A stretch of DNA of 64,000 nucleotides, from NCBI GenBank assembly GCA_002269645.1, contig NIVC01000858.1:186001-250000 (forward strand), in the 5' to 3' direction. Under the pieces are notes generated by a model. That model saw only the letters and a list, made by a program, of their open reading frames with translations, searched no databases and was not told the DNA's origin. The stretch is from Macrostomum lignano. Its lineage: Eukaryota. Below, piece by piece: positions 1 through 12,573 of this stretch. Positions within the stretch are counted from its first letter, which is position 1. Each line of letters starts with the position of its first letter. The translations under genes and the position numbers were made by a program.

Positions 1-2
1 TT

Positions 3-767
3 GTGTTGCGCCGTGTTAGCGCTTGGCAGCTGTTTGCCGCAATGTTTATCTCCAGCTGGGCGGTGAACTATATCCGGTTGTACCGGCTGGAGCTGGCTCA
101 GCGACAGCATGCGGTGACCAGTCTCCATTGTCGGCCCGCGGGACAAACTCTGAGCATCTTTGAGTCCATCAGCCTGTGGTTCACCGGCACAATGCGCGTC
201 GCTCCGCCCAAAAACGACTGCCTGAAGCAGTTAGAAGCGCTGGCAGTTGATCCCTTTTGGGATGTCAATCCGCTGGAGGCGGCAATCGACCTGCTAGGAA
301 ACATCGTATTGAACCGTCTGGTGCAGCTGATGCAGGCGGTAAATCTGGGCTACCGACAACTGATTGAGGGCCTGCCAATCTGGCACTCTGTCGGCATCGC
401 CTTCATCTTACTGTTCTTGCCCACGCTTTTCTTGCTGCTGCGCTCTGGCTACGTTCTCCGCCTTATGTACGGCCTCCTTCACGTGGGTCCGGACGCGAAC
501 CGCTTGCACGCGGAGCGCCTGGACACTTTGGAGAGGGAGAATCGGCGCCTCCTCGAACTTGTCCACGCGGCGCCGCAGCCGACACCTGCTCGGGCGCTGC
601 AGCGATCGGCGTCCATCGCCGTCAGCCAGCGGCAGCGTCCAGACGACCGGGGAGACGGCCCGGCAGCGGCGCCCGCAGTGTTGGCAAGGACGCCGCCGCT
701 GCGGATGCGCGCATCGCGGTCGGAGTGCAACATCTCGGTGGCCGCGTCGGTCGGTGACGATCAATGA
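3..767 (+). CDS. CLCC1: Chloride channel CLIC-like 1 / MCLC family membrane protein, 3' part (start lies upstream of the window)
   Basis: The translation WAVNYIRLYRLELAQRQ..C..SISLWF..DCLKQLEALAVDPFWDVNPLEA..LIEGLPIW+TM follows the MCLC pattern as I recall it (WNWxYLYK.AFA.HQ..C..W..D.C..Y.E.L.V.P.W.VPP..A..EIP..TM). Stop TGA at 765-767. Confidence 0.65.
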   Translation: MLRRVSAWQLFAAMFISSWAVNYIRLYRLELAQRQHAVTSLHCRPAGQTLSIFESISLWFTGTMRVAPPKNDCLKQLEALAVDPFWDVNPLEAAIDLLGNIVLNRLVQLMQAVNLGYRQLIEGLPIWHSVGIAFILLFLPTLFLLLRSGYVLRLMYGLLHVGPDANRLHAERLDTLERENRRLLELVHAAPQPTPARALQRSASIAVSQRQRPDDRGDGPAAAPAVLARTPPLRMRASRSECNISVAASVGDDQ

Positions 768-1347
768 CGGAGTTTCTCGGTGCCTTAGCCATTAGCTGTG
801 GGATGTTCCCATGCACTCTCCGCTGCTTTTCTGAAGCTCAAGAATGGCTCACCTAACAGATATTGGTTTTTGAAAATCTGGAATCTTGAAGCTTCAGCTT
901 AATTCCTCTATTCCTCTAAAGCTTGAGCTCAATTGTAGGCCAAGCAGTGATGCCCGATTGAGCCCTGAATTGGAGTTGTTTTTGAGTCTGTTCTGGTTCA
1001 TCCTGGCCTCGTTTTCGCACGCTCTTTAAGCGCCACTCTCATGAATCGCCCTCTGTGAAACCCGTGAATAATGATTACTCTATTTTCCTCTCGGCAGCAA
1101 ACTTGCTTCGAAATTCTATATATTTTATTATTGAGCTAAATACAGTTCACAGTTCGCTGCTGGCCTTATATTCCGAATTCGTATGTTTTTATCTTCCTGG
1201 CTATAATGTCCAATCACTTTTTGCCTTTCTGCTTTGAAAATCAAGTTAGTGACTGCAGTAAATTAGTTGCATTTTCTGGCTCTCACTCTAGCTGACAGGC
1301 CTTGCACTCAATGACTCTCGCAACCCGGCTTGTCCCGCTGCCGCCGC

Positions 1348-4300
1348 ATGGGCAAGCACAGAACTGACTCCCAGCAGCAGCAGGACGCTTCGCCTGACAG
1401 AGCCGCATCCAGTCGCAGCAGCAAGCGAAAGAAAGACAAGTCCAAAAAGAAGGAGAAGAAGTCCAAGAGCTCCAAGCGCGAGGGCCGGCGGGGCCGCAGC
1501 CCCTCCGAACGGAAGCGGCGCCACCGCCGTTCGTCCTCGAAGTCGGCATCCCCGGCGCCAGATTCGCTGAAGCGGCAGCAACGCAAGCGCGCCCGCAGCA
1601 GCAGCGACAGCCCCCTCGGCCAGCGTCACCGGGAAGGAAACTCGCGCGACCGGCCGCGGCCCGCCATGCCCAGCACCGGCCGCGGGAGCGGGCCCGATCG
1701 CCCAGCCTCGCCTCCCAGATCCCCCTGCCAGCTGGGCCGCCGCCCGCCCAGCAGCCGTCAACTGCTCAGGCGCCACCGCCGCCAACACCGCCACCGCCAC
1801 CGCCTCCCCCACCAGCGACATCGGCGTCCGTGACGGCAGCGGCGAGTCCCTTCGGTGCGCCTGCGCCTCAGCAATTTCAGCTGAATCCGTCGGCCGCTGA
1901 CTTTGTTCCGCAGCTTGCCGCCTTCAACAGCCCGCCGCCTCAGCAGGCCTTCCTGTCGCCACCTCCCGCCCGCTTCTGCGCTCCGGCTCTGTCAACGCCG
2001 ACCATTCTGTCGCCGCCGCTTGTCGCCATGAACTTTTCCGTGCCGCCGCCGCCGATGTCCATCGCTGGCAAGGAAGGCGACGGCGGCAGCCGCGGCGGCA
2101 ACAGCGCAGCGGTCGGGACCCCCGGCGACCGCAGCTCTGACGCGGAGCAGCCCGCTGACCTGCCAGACGAATTCTTGCAGCTCGGCGGCAACCTGCTGCT
2201 CAGCAAGCACTATCACGAGCCCGACTCCAGCATCTCCTATTTTCCCAACTTCCTGTCCAAGCCCGAGGCTGACAATCTGTTCCAGGTGCTGCTGAACGAG
2301 CTGGAGTGGCGCCAGAGAGACACCCTGGTGCGCGGCGAGTACCACAGGGAGCCCCGGCTCACCTGCTGGTTCGGCGTCCCCTACACCTACTCGGGTGTAG
2401 AGCTGCAGGCCAATCACGTGTGGCACCCCCTGCTCGCCGACATCAAGGACCGGCTGGTGCACAATCTGGATGCGAGCTTCAACTCTCTGCTGTGCAACCT
2501 GTACAGGTAACTGCTTCATCATCCTGTAACTCAGCGGGATCAGCATCTCGTGACCCAGGGGGATCAGCATCCCGTGATCCAGCGGGATCAGGATCCCGTG
2601 ATCCAGTGGGATCAGCATCCCGTGACCCAGTGGGATCAGGATCCCGTGACCCAGTTGGATCAGCATCCCGTGACCCAGTTGGATCAGCATCCCGTGACCC
2701 AGTGGGATCAGCATCCCGTGACCCAGTTGGATCAGCATCCCGTGACCCAGTTGGATCAGCATCCCGTGACCCAGTGGGATCAGCATCCCGTGACCCAGTG
2801 GGATCAGCATCCCGTGACCCAGTTGGATCAGCATCCCGTGACCCAGTGGGATCAGCATCCCGTGACCCAGTTGGATCAGCATCCCGTGACCCAGTTGGAT
2901 CAGCATCCCGTGACCCAGTGGGATCAGCATCCCGTGACCCAGTTGGATCAGCATCCCGTGACCCAGTTGGATCAGCATCCCGTGACCCAGTTGGATCAGC
3001 ATCCCGTGACCCAGTGGGATCAGCATCCCGTGACCCAGTTGGATCAGCATCCCGTGACCCAGTTGGATCAGCATCCCGTGACCCAGTTGGATCAGCATCC
3101 CGTGACCCAGTTGGATCAGCATCCCGTGACCCAGGGGGATGAGCATCCTGTGATCCAGTGGGATGAGCATCCCGTGACCCAGTGGGATCAGCATCCCGTG
3201 ACCCAGTGGGATCAGGATCCCGTGACCCAGTGGGATGAGCATCCCGTGACCCAGTGGGATGAGCATCCCGTGACCCAGTGGGATCAGCATCCCGTGACCC
3301 ACTTGGATCAGCATCCCGTGACCCAGTTGGATCAGCATCCCGTGACCCAGTGGGATCAGCATCCCGTGACCCAGTTGGATCAGCATCCCGTGACCCAGTG
3401 GGATCAGCATCCCGTGACCCAGTGGGATCAGGATCCCGTGACCCAGTTGGATCAGCATCCCGTGACCCAGTTGGATCAGCATCCCGTGACCCAGTTGGAT
3501 CAGCATCCCGTGACCCAGTTGGATCAGCATCCCGTGACCCAGTTGGATCAGCATCCCGTGACCCAGTTGGATCAGCATCCCGTGACCCAGTGGGATCAGC
3601 ATCCCGTGACCCAGTTGGATCAGCATCCCGTGACCCAGTTGGATCAGCATCCCGTGACCCAGTGGGATCAGCATCCCGTGACCCAGTTGGATCAGCATCC
3701 CGTGACCCAGTTGGATCAGCATCCCGTGACCCAGTTGGATCAGCATCCCGTGACCCAGTGGGATCAGCATCCCGTGACCCAGGGGGATGAGCATCCTGTG
3801 ATCCAGTGGGATGAGCATCCCGTGACCCAGTGGGATCAGCATCCCGTGACCCAGTGGGATCAGGATCCCGTGACCCAGTGGGATGAGCATCCCGTGACCC
3901 AGTGGGATGAGCATCCCGTGACCCAGTGGGATCAGCATCCCGTGACACAGTGGGATCAGGATCCCGTGACCCAGTGGGATCAGGATCCCGTGACCCAGTG
4001 GGATGAGCATCCCGTGACCCAGTGGGATGAGCATCCCGTGACCCAGTGGGATCAGCATCCCGTGACCCAGTTGGATCAGCATCCCGTGACCCAGTTGGAT
4101 CAGCATCCCGTGACCCAGTGGGATCAGCATCCCGTGACCCAGTTGGATCAGCATCCCGTGACCCAGTGGGATCAGCATCCCGTGACCCAGTGGGATCAGG
4201 ATCCCGTGACCCAGTTGGATCAGCATCCCGTGACCCAGTTGGATCAGCATCCCGTGACCCAGTTGGATCAGCATCCCGTGACCCAGTGGGATCAGCATCC

Positions 4301-5207
4301 CGTGACCCAGTTGGATCAGCATCCCGTGACCCAGTTGGATCAGCATCCCGTGACCCAGTGGGATCAGCATCCCGTGACCCAGTTGGATCAGCATCCCGTG
4401 ACCCAGTTGGATCAGCATCCCGTGACCCAGTGGGATCAGCATCCCGTGACCCAGTTGGATCAGCATCCCGTGACCCAGTTGGATCAGCATCCCGTGACCC
4501 AGTTGGATCAGCATCCCGTGACCCAGTGGGATCAGCATCCCGTGACCCAGGGGGATGAGCATCCTGTGATCCAGTGGGATGAGCATCCCGTGACCCAGTG
4601 GGATCAGCATCCCGTGACCCAGTGGGATCAGGATCCCGTGACCCAGTGGGATGAGCATCCCGTGACCCAGTGGGATGAGCATCCCGTGACCCAGTGGGAT
4701 CAGCATCCCGTGACACAGTGGGATCAGGATCCCGTGACCCAGTGGGATGAGCATCCCGTGACCCAGTGGGATCAGCATCCCGTGACACAGTGGGATCAGG
4801 ATCCCGTGACCCAGTGGGATGAGCATCCCGTGACCCAGTGGGATCAGCATCCCGTGACACAGTGGGATCAGCATCCCGAGCCCGCTCCCCACAGGTCGGG
4901 CAGAGACTCGATCGGCTGGCACGCGGACGATGAGAAGTCGCTAGGCCGGTACCCCCTGATCGCCTCCATCTCCCTGGGCTACGAGCGCCAGTTTGAGGTG
5001 AAAACGAAGCGAATTCAGCCGAAATTCCGCCAGCTGAACGAATGGGGCCGCCACCTGCGGCTGCCGCTGCGGCACGGCTCGCTGCTGGTGATGCGGGGTG
5101 CCATGCAGGTGCACTGGCTGCACTCGGTGCCCAAGGACCAGCTGGCCTTCAACAGCCCCACCGCCTCTCGCATCAACCTCACCTTCCGCTACACGCACCC
5201 GGACTGA
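1348..5207 (+). CDS. ALKBH3: AlkB-family 2OG-Fe(II) dioxygenase, ALKBH3-like, with a long Lys/Arg/Ser- and Pro-rich N-terminus. Exons 1348-2506 (1-nt frameshift near 1660) and 4895-5207
   Basis: EPRLTCWFG.PYTYSG, FNSLLCNLYR|SGRDSIGWHADDE (HxD), IASISLG.ER.F, LRHGSLLVMRGAMQVHWLHSVPK and RINLTFR are all present. Donor AG|GTAACT at 2506/2507 and acceptor CCCACAG|G at 4894/4895 join in phase 2 and restore NLYRSGRDSIGWH. Confidence 0.88.
2536..4878. repeat. 24-bp minisatellite (GGGATCAGCATCCCGTGACCCAGT and variants), about 97 copies, filling the ALKBH3 intron
   Basis: Direct reading. It produces the spurious 793-976 aa repeat ORFs in several frames. Confidence 0.97.
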
Positions 5208-5860
5208 GTGACTCGCTCATGTGCAGAACAGTTAGTTCCCCTGTTGCTATCGCCTCCAGCTGTGTGCCTGCAAATGCCATGCCAGCCCCTTTCCGGACCA
5301 TAATGGCCGCTTATCAGATTACACTTCTTTGGAACTTGAGAGTCAAGGCATTTCTATATTTTAGCCCCTAATTCTCCCTACTGGAAGTAGGCGGAACGCA
5401 TATTGCAGTTAATTTTTATTTGGACTTAAATCTCGGGAAAACTTGTTTTACACATAAAATTGTTTTATCCGCAGCGTCTTATACACGACACAATCAAGGC
5501 ATTTCTGATTTAGCGTGGGGAGATCTAGCTAGATTTTTGAGAACATTACCTATTATCACCTGTGCAGACTTGTCCAGCTTGTACATTTCATAATATTTAT
5601 GTATACTGTACAAATGCATGTTCCTTTTTTCTGATTAAATTAACTCATTGCTTTAGCCTGCACCCTCTTGGTGTCATTTTTGCTTGTCGCCTCTCTATAT
5701 TCAGATATCATTCATTACATATTAATTAGTATTTGTGTCTGTGTACTCCTTGCACCTGCGCATTAGCCTTGGCTACCAGCTTCTCCCAGAGCCAATGCTC
5801 AACTTGTTGCTTCGTGATTAAAATTTCAGTGGACTTCTCGAGCCCGAGGTTTTGATTGGC

Positions 5861-7865
5861 GTGAGTCTGCCCGTGCTGTTGCACCTGACTGCTTGTGAGT
5901 CTGTCTGCCCGTGCTGTTGCACCTGACTGCTTGTGAGTCTGTCTGCCCGTGCTGTTGCACCTGACTGCTTGTGAGTCTGTCTGCCCGTGCTGTTGCACCT
6001 GACTGCTTGTGAGTCTGTCTGCCCGTGCTGTTGCACCTGACTGCTTGTGAGTCTGTCCGCCCGTGCTGTTGCACCTGACTGCTTGTGAGTCTGCCCGTGC
6101 TGTTGCACCTGACTGCTTGTGAGTCTGTCTGTGCTGTTGCACCTGACTGCTTGTGAGTCTGTCTGTACTGTTGCACCTGACTGCTTGTGAGTCTGCCCGT
6201 GCTGTTGCACCTGACTGCTTGTGAGTCTGTCTGCCCGTGCTGTTGCACCTGACTGCTTGTGAGTCTGTCTGCCCGTGCTGTTGCACCTGACTGCTTGTGA
6301 GTCTGCCTGTGCTGTTGCACCTGACTGCTTGTGAGTCTGCCCGTGCTGTTGCACCTGACTGCTTGTGAGTCTGTCTGTGCTGTTGCACCTGACTGCTTGT
6401 GAGTCTGTCTGTGCTGTTGCACCTGACTGCTTGTGAGTCTGTCTGTGCTGTTGCACCTGACTGCTTGTGAGTCTGTCCGCCCGTGCTGTTGCACCTGACT
6501 GCTTGTGAGTCTGCCCGTGCTGTTGCACCTGACTGCTTGTGAGTCTGTCTGTGCTGTTGCACCTGACTGCTTGTGAGTCTGTCTGTGCTGTTGCACCTGA
6601 CTGCTTGTGAGTCTGTCTGTGCTGTTGCACCTGACTGCTTGTGAGTCTGTCCGCCCGTGCTGTTGCACCTGACTGCTTGTGAGTCTGCCCGTGCTGTTGC
6701 ACCTGACTGCTTGTGAGTCTGTCTGTGCTGTTGCACCTGACTGCTTGTGAGTCTGCCTGTGCTGTTGCACCTGACTGCTTGTGAGTCTGCCCGTGCTGTT
6801 GCACCTGACTGCTTGTGAGTCTGTCTGTGCTGTTGCACCTGACTGCTTGTGAGTCTGTCTGTGCTGTTGCACCTGACTGCTTGTGAGTCTGTCTGTGCTG
6901 TTGCACCTGACTGCTTGTGAGTCTGCCCGTGGTGTTGCACCTGACTGCTTGTGAGTCTGTCTGTGCTGTTGCACCTGACTGCTTGTGAGTCTGCCCGTGC
7001 TGTTGCACCTGACTGCTTGTGAGTCTGTCTGCCCGTGCTGTTGCACCTGACTGCTTGTGAGTCTGTCTGTGCTGTTGCACCTGACTGCTTGTGAGTCTGC
7101 CCGTGCTGTTGCACCTGACTGCTTGTGAGTCTGCCCGTGCTGTTGCACCTGACTGCTTGTGAGTCTGTCTGCCCGTGCTGTTGCACCTGACTGCTTGTGA
7201 GTCTGTCTGCCCGTGCTGTTGCACCTGACTGCTTGTGAGTCTGTCTGTGCTGTTGCACCTGACTGCTTGTGAGTCTGCCCGTGCTGTTGCACCTGACTGC
7301 TTGTGAGTCTGCCCGTGCTGTTGCACCTGACTGCTTGTGAGTCTGTCTGCCCGTGCTGTTGCACCTGACTGCTTGTGAGTCTGTCTGTGCTGTTGCACCT
7401 GACTGCTTGTGAGTCTGTCTGTGCTGTTGCACCTGACTGCTTGTGAGTCTGTCTGTGCTGTTGCACCTGACTGCTTGTGAGTCTGCCCGTGCTGTTGCAC
7501 CTGACTGCTTGTGAGTCTGCCCGTGCTGTTGCACCTGACTGCTTGTGAGTCTGCCTGCCTGTGCTGTTGCACCTGACTGCTTGTGAGTCTGCCTGCCTGT
7601 GCTGTTGCACCTGACTGCTTGTGTCTGCCTGTGCTGTTGCACCTGACTGCTTGTGAGTCTGTCTGTGCTGTTGCACCTGACTGCTTGTGAGTCTGTCTGT
7701 GCTGTTGCACCTGACTGCTTGTGAGTCTGCCTGCCTGTGCTGTTGCACCTGACTGCTTGTGAGTCTGCCCGTGCTGTTGCACCTGACTGCTTGTGAGTCT
7801 GTCTGTGCTGTTGCACCTGACTGCTTGTGAGTCTGCCCGTGCTGTTGCACCTGACTGCTTGTGAG
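5861..7865. repeat. 34/38-bp minisatellite (core GTGCTGTTGCACCTGACTGCTTGTGAGTCT plus GTCT/GCCC spacers), about 55-58 copies
   Basis: Direct reading. Units differ by 4-nt blocks, and the 696-745 aa minus-strand ORFs are repeat artefacts. Confidence 0.95.
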
Positions 7866-10656
7866 AGGCACATTCTGAACTGCCTGTTGAACCCGAATGT
7901 CGGTGCAAAGCAGTTTTAATGTTGAGGGAAACAAACAGCCTTTAAATTTATCATAAATTTCAACTGCATTTAAATCTCTGCTGAAGGGCCTTTGACGAAA
8001 ATTTATGCAGCTCAAATTTGCACTGCATTTTGCGTACGCGCCTGTCGTATCAGCAGGGGTCAATTATTCACCAATTTTTCATGTTTTTTTTATGACGCAG
8101 TAAGGTAAATGGGTCTGCATGTCAATTGGTTATTGGCTCGAGTGACTGCCTGAGTGACTGCCTGTGTGAGCTCGAGATCGCCCCCCAACTGCTTTATAAA
8201 CTGCTTCTCTGATTGCAGCGTCTGCAACTCCAATTTTCCCTTGTGCGTTCTGTCTCGAAATAAACTGGCTAAGCAGTCGCCTGCGGCCTGCCGCTATTAG
8301 CAAAGCCCTGTATTTATGGTCCCGCTTCATTTTTATAATTGCTTCTTTGATGTACATGTACATGCTAGCTCATGTGAGTCACAGGATTAACCAGTAAGTC
8401 TTTACAGAGCACATTTCCCAAATTGTGACGATCCGGTACTGACCAGTTGGGCTCGTTCCGTTATTTAGCGTTTATTCGTTAGTGAAGCAGCTTACTTTTT
8501 TATAACAATTTTGCTTACCAAAGCTATTTTATTTCTCGGTAACGGAATTGTTACAACTAGGGAAGTTTTACTAACTGATTTCCGTGCCGTTCCGATTTGA
8601 GGGCTGAAAGATGAATGACTCTCTTGCAGTGCTCTTTGTACGGTTTTAATTTTTATATTTTAGTTAATGTATAAATCTGTTCTTTATTATGAGAGACGTA
8701 AGGCGTATCAGCGTATCAGTAAGAGGTTTTCAATTGAAAAAAGCTGAGAATTAGAGAAATTACCTCATATTTGTTTGGATACAATCGATTAAAAGTTGCA
8801 CACAAGTTTCGGCGCGGCAGACTTTGACATGAAGCTTTTATTTTGAGAGTTTAGTAAGTCTAGGCAAGCATTTTGTACTGTCTTACAGTACAGTTCCGGA
8901 GCTTCCGGTTAATGTGCGTCACGTGTGACGTAGCTGTGCGTCACACGGGCAAGAATTTGAAAGCCCCACCAGCAGTAGCTAGTAGCCATTCTGCTGCCCG
9001 AAGGCCTGTTTGGTGTACAGGTAGCTGGGCCGCTGGTCCCCGGCTCGCAAGTCCTGGCGCAGCTGCTTCGGGCCCCACTTCATCCGCAGCCAGTTGCTCG
9101 GCGCGGTCACGTGCACCGTGAACTCGCGGGAGAATGGGCCCTGATTACGCTGCTGACCCTGTGGAGGAAAGTGCGAGTTTGGGGTTGTCGAACTTGAGCA
9201 TGCTGTTGGCTTCTCAGTGAGGCAAATCTTTTGCGTATTTTCCTTCCCTGCAAAAGCCGCAGTGACCTTAAACGTGTCGGCTGGTCAACGCCGCGCGATA
9301 CTGTAGGAACTTGTAGCTATTTTGTAAATTTTACCTCTCAATAATAGCCGTCATTTAAGCTCGTTAAGCTCGTGTGTGCCTGTTGGGGTTATAAATCATA
9401 CAGGTGTTGTATATAATACAAGCAAGAGTCAAGTGTACTTTAATAGCACGGCGGGTTCCTGAGGCCCTGAGTATACTTCACCCTAAGCATGCTGTACCTA
9501 AGCTTTACGGTTGTGCGTTATAATTGAATTGGTTTGTTTGCATAGAGTCAACATTAGTTCATCATCTCGGTATGGAGCTGATTAAAGATTTTTAAACATA
9601 AAGGTGCTAAAATCAATTTTATGAAAAAATTGGCCAACTTTCTTCAAATCGAATCGCTGGACGATCTCGAATGTTTTAGAAGAATAGGGGTCATAGTCGC
9701 ATAATTTTTATCTGTTTTGTACATGGCGACGTCTAGAGCTCGCCTGTCCCGGGCCAGACGGGAATTCTGGACAAGTCATGCCATTTTCTCCTTTGTAAAG
9801 ATGCAAGTGAAGCTGGTGGACACCTATGGAATTAACAGTGGGAATACCAAGCCATTCCCCCTTCCGGACTATCGAGATATTCGCCGATTTCTACCAGGTC
9901 GGATTTGGTGCATTCAATGCACCTATGTGCGCCAATCGGCACTGCGCCTTCGTGCAGCCTTGTCAAGCCGATCCAAATTTCATCAGCACGTCGACCACGT
10001 GTGTCTGCATCAGCTCTGACTTTGTTGTTTAAGGTGTTTAACCTGTTGAATGTCCAGAAGCTCCGCCTGGGTGAAGGCCAATGACCAATGAAGTTAGAGC
10101 TGATGCAGAAACTTGGTCGACTTAAGCTAATAATGTTGAGCCCGAGTAACCTACATGTATGTACACAAATGATGCGTCATTCTGCTCACAGTGACACCGG
10201 GTTTGGCAAAAAGCGACAAAATTTGGACTTGGGTATGGGGAGAACAAGCAAGGGCATAATTAGGGACTCCAACTTTATGAGTAATGTTGACGGGCCCTTC
10301 GGAGATTTTTGCCTGTAGAAAAACTCCGACCTGGCAGAATATTTGGATATGTTGACGTTACCGAAGGCTGGCGACTCGATTCTTATTTTAGAAGGTGCAC
10401 AACAAACAGTTAGCCAGTGTTCCTGAATTTCGTGTGCCTGCATGCGTTGCTCCGTTCCGGCGCAGCAAAAAATTATCACGGCGGGGGGGAATCCCCCAAA
10501 ATTGGTAGTTCTACCGTTAAAGAAACACTGAGCTTTGTTGTGTTAAGCTGTTAGTCTTTTTTAGGAAATTTGAATCAATTTGCAACTTACATTTGCACGA
10601 TATAGCTGTTGTTGGTTTAACTAATTGGCTGTTATTTCCTTAGAATATCGTTATAG

Positions 10657-12540
10657 CTAATAGAGAGGCAGGATATATAGCTTCTAAGAAATTTAGCTTT
10701 CCGCCCTACTTCAGTAGTCCTTGACTCACCTTCCTGTCCACCTGCCAGTGCCTCTGCGTGCTCATCGTCCACCGCAGTCTCTCAGCTTCGTCGCCGCGCG
10801 AAACCAGCGTCGCTTCTCGTCGAAGCCGCGGCTGCTGATGCACGGATGTCGACAACGCAGTCGGCGGGAGTCCGCGGCGCAGGAAAATCTCCGCCCGGCT
10901 TTGCACGTAGGGAGCGGCCAGCTGCCGCTGCGCACCTGCCGCCATAGCTGGCTCTGTGCGGCTGCGCTGAAGCTGCAGTCCCGGGCTGGAATTTCAGCGC
11001 GAAACCCTGAGAGCTGGCACCCACTGCCTCGCGATCCCTACCCTGAGAGCTGGCACCCACTGCCTCGCGATCCCTATCCTGAGAGCTGGCACCCACTGCC
11101 TCGCGATCCCTACCCTGAAAGCTGGCACCCACTGTCTCCCTACCCTGAGAGCTGGCACCCACTGCCTCGCGATCCCTACCCTGAGAGCTGGCACCCACTG
11201 CCTCGCGATCCCTACCCTGAGAGCTGGCACCCACTGCCTCGCGATCCCTACCCTGAGAGCTGGCACCCACTGCCTCCCAACCCTGAGAGCTGGCACCCAC
11301 TGCCTCGCGATCCCTACCCTGAGAGCTGGCACCCACTGCCTCCCAACCCTGAGAGCTGGCACCCACTGCCTCTCAACCCTGAGAGCTGGCACCCACTGCC
11401 TCCCAACCCTGAGAGCTGGCACCCACTGCCTCGCGATCCCTACCCTGAGAGCTGGCACCCACTGCCTCGCGATCCCTACCCTGAGAGCTGGCACCCACTG
11501 TCTCCCAACCCTGAGAGCTGGCACCCACTGCCTCCCAACCCTGAGAGCTGGCACCCACTGCCTCCCAGCCCTGAGAGCTGGCACCCACTGCCTCCCAACC
11601 CTGAGAGCTCACGCTGATATTGGTCATGACTTGATTTTGTTGGCACGCAGACCTGCGGCTCTCACCTGAGAATGTCGCTGCCGCCGCGGCTCGCTGGCAG
11701 GGAGGCCGCCGCGCCAGCCGGTTGCTCCGCAGGTCGAAGCGGCGGGCCAACATAGAGCCTGAGGGACTTGCTGGGCAGCGGGTATTTCCACTGGCTTGCC
11801 GCGTCTCTCCTGGCGGTCGGGTGCATGCGGTGAATTGCCTCAGGATTTTCTCAATAATTTAATGGGAAAAAGGTGCATGCGGTGAATTGCCTCAGGATTT
11901 GCTCAATAATTTAATGGGAAAGGGTATTCGCAGGGGATTTTGGGCGCTGCCACGAATCAATTGGCGACTGATGGCAAACCCGCAGTCAGCCAGAAGGCAA
12001 AAGTCATGTTTAGCCGCTGACCCCGAGCAGACAGACGCACACGGGTGTGTACTCAGGCACCCTCTCAGCTGCCCCCGACTCGATCTCATCGTTAGGCATG
12101 CACATGGAGTGCCAACTGCTTCGTCGAGAATTGCAGAAGCCGCCCCAGTCTAATTTTTTAATCGCCCTGGGCTCATTGAAGCGAACCGGGCGCGATCGAG
12201 TCGGTTGCGCTGACCGCTGTGTCCCCCTCCCAGTAGAACTATTAATATAACTTTACAAGTACTTGAAAGGCCAGGGGACATTCACTCTGGCACTTGGTTT
12301 CATTTCATCAGCTCGATTCCTCCGAACAACTCACGGCGAGCGCGGCGGCGAGTAGCCGTGCCTGTCGTAGATGGCGGATGCCGCTGCTGCCAGGTCCGGA
12401 CTGCCCGCCAGGTGCGGCGGCGGCTGCTGCTGGCCGCTGCCGATGCTGGGCAGGCGGAAGGTCACCGAGGGCGATGCCGGCTGGTGCGGCCGTTGGAGCT
12501 CCAGCGGCTCCGCGAATCGCACAGTGGGATGCGGGTGCAT
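10657..12540 (-). CDS. Uncharacterised protein of about 210 aa. Exons 12540-12335, 11809-11666, 10985-10730 and (tentative) 10683-10657
   Basis: Three canonical donors (CC|GTGAGT, CAG|GTGAGA, AAG|GTGAGT) and acceptors (CGCCAG, TTCCAG, TTCTTAG) join in consistent phases 2,2,0. The product is one open frame, MHPHPTVRFAEPL..SPPRSPRDAASQWKYPLP..SDILSPGLQLQRSRTEP..RLRWTMSTQRHWQVDRKKLYILPLY*. No family recognised. Confidence 0.55.
11004..11609. repeat. 36/27-bp minisatellite (CCCTGAGAGCTGGCACCCACTGCCTC + GCGATCCCTA or CCAA) filling intron 10986-11665 of the orphan gene
   Basis: Direct reading. Source of the PESWHPLP repeat ORF. Confidence 0.95.
11821..11921. repeat. Local tandem duplication of about 52 bp inside intron 11810-12334
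   Basis: GTGCATGCGGTGAATTGCCTCAGGATTT..AATGGGAAA begins at both 11821 and 11873. Confidence 0.85.
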
Positions 12541-12573
12541 GCCCGGCCAGGCTGGGAATTACGGGCGGGCGTG

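Noticed and set aside
1992-7908. Very long repetitive ORFs (696-976 aa) on both strands as repeat proteins
   Set aside because: They are open only because the unit lacks stops. The 24-mer array is removed by the GT-AG intron that restores the ALKBH3 catalytic motif.
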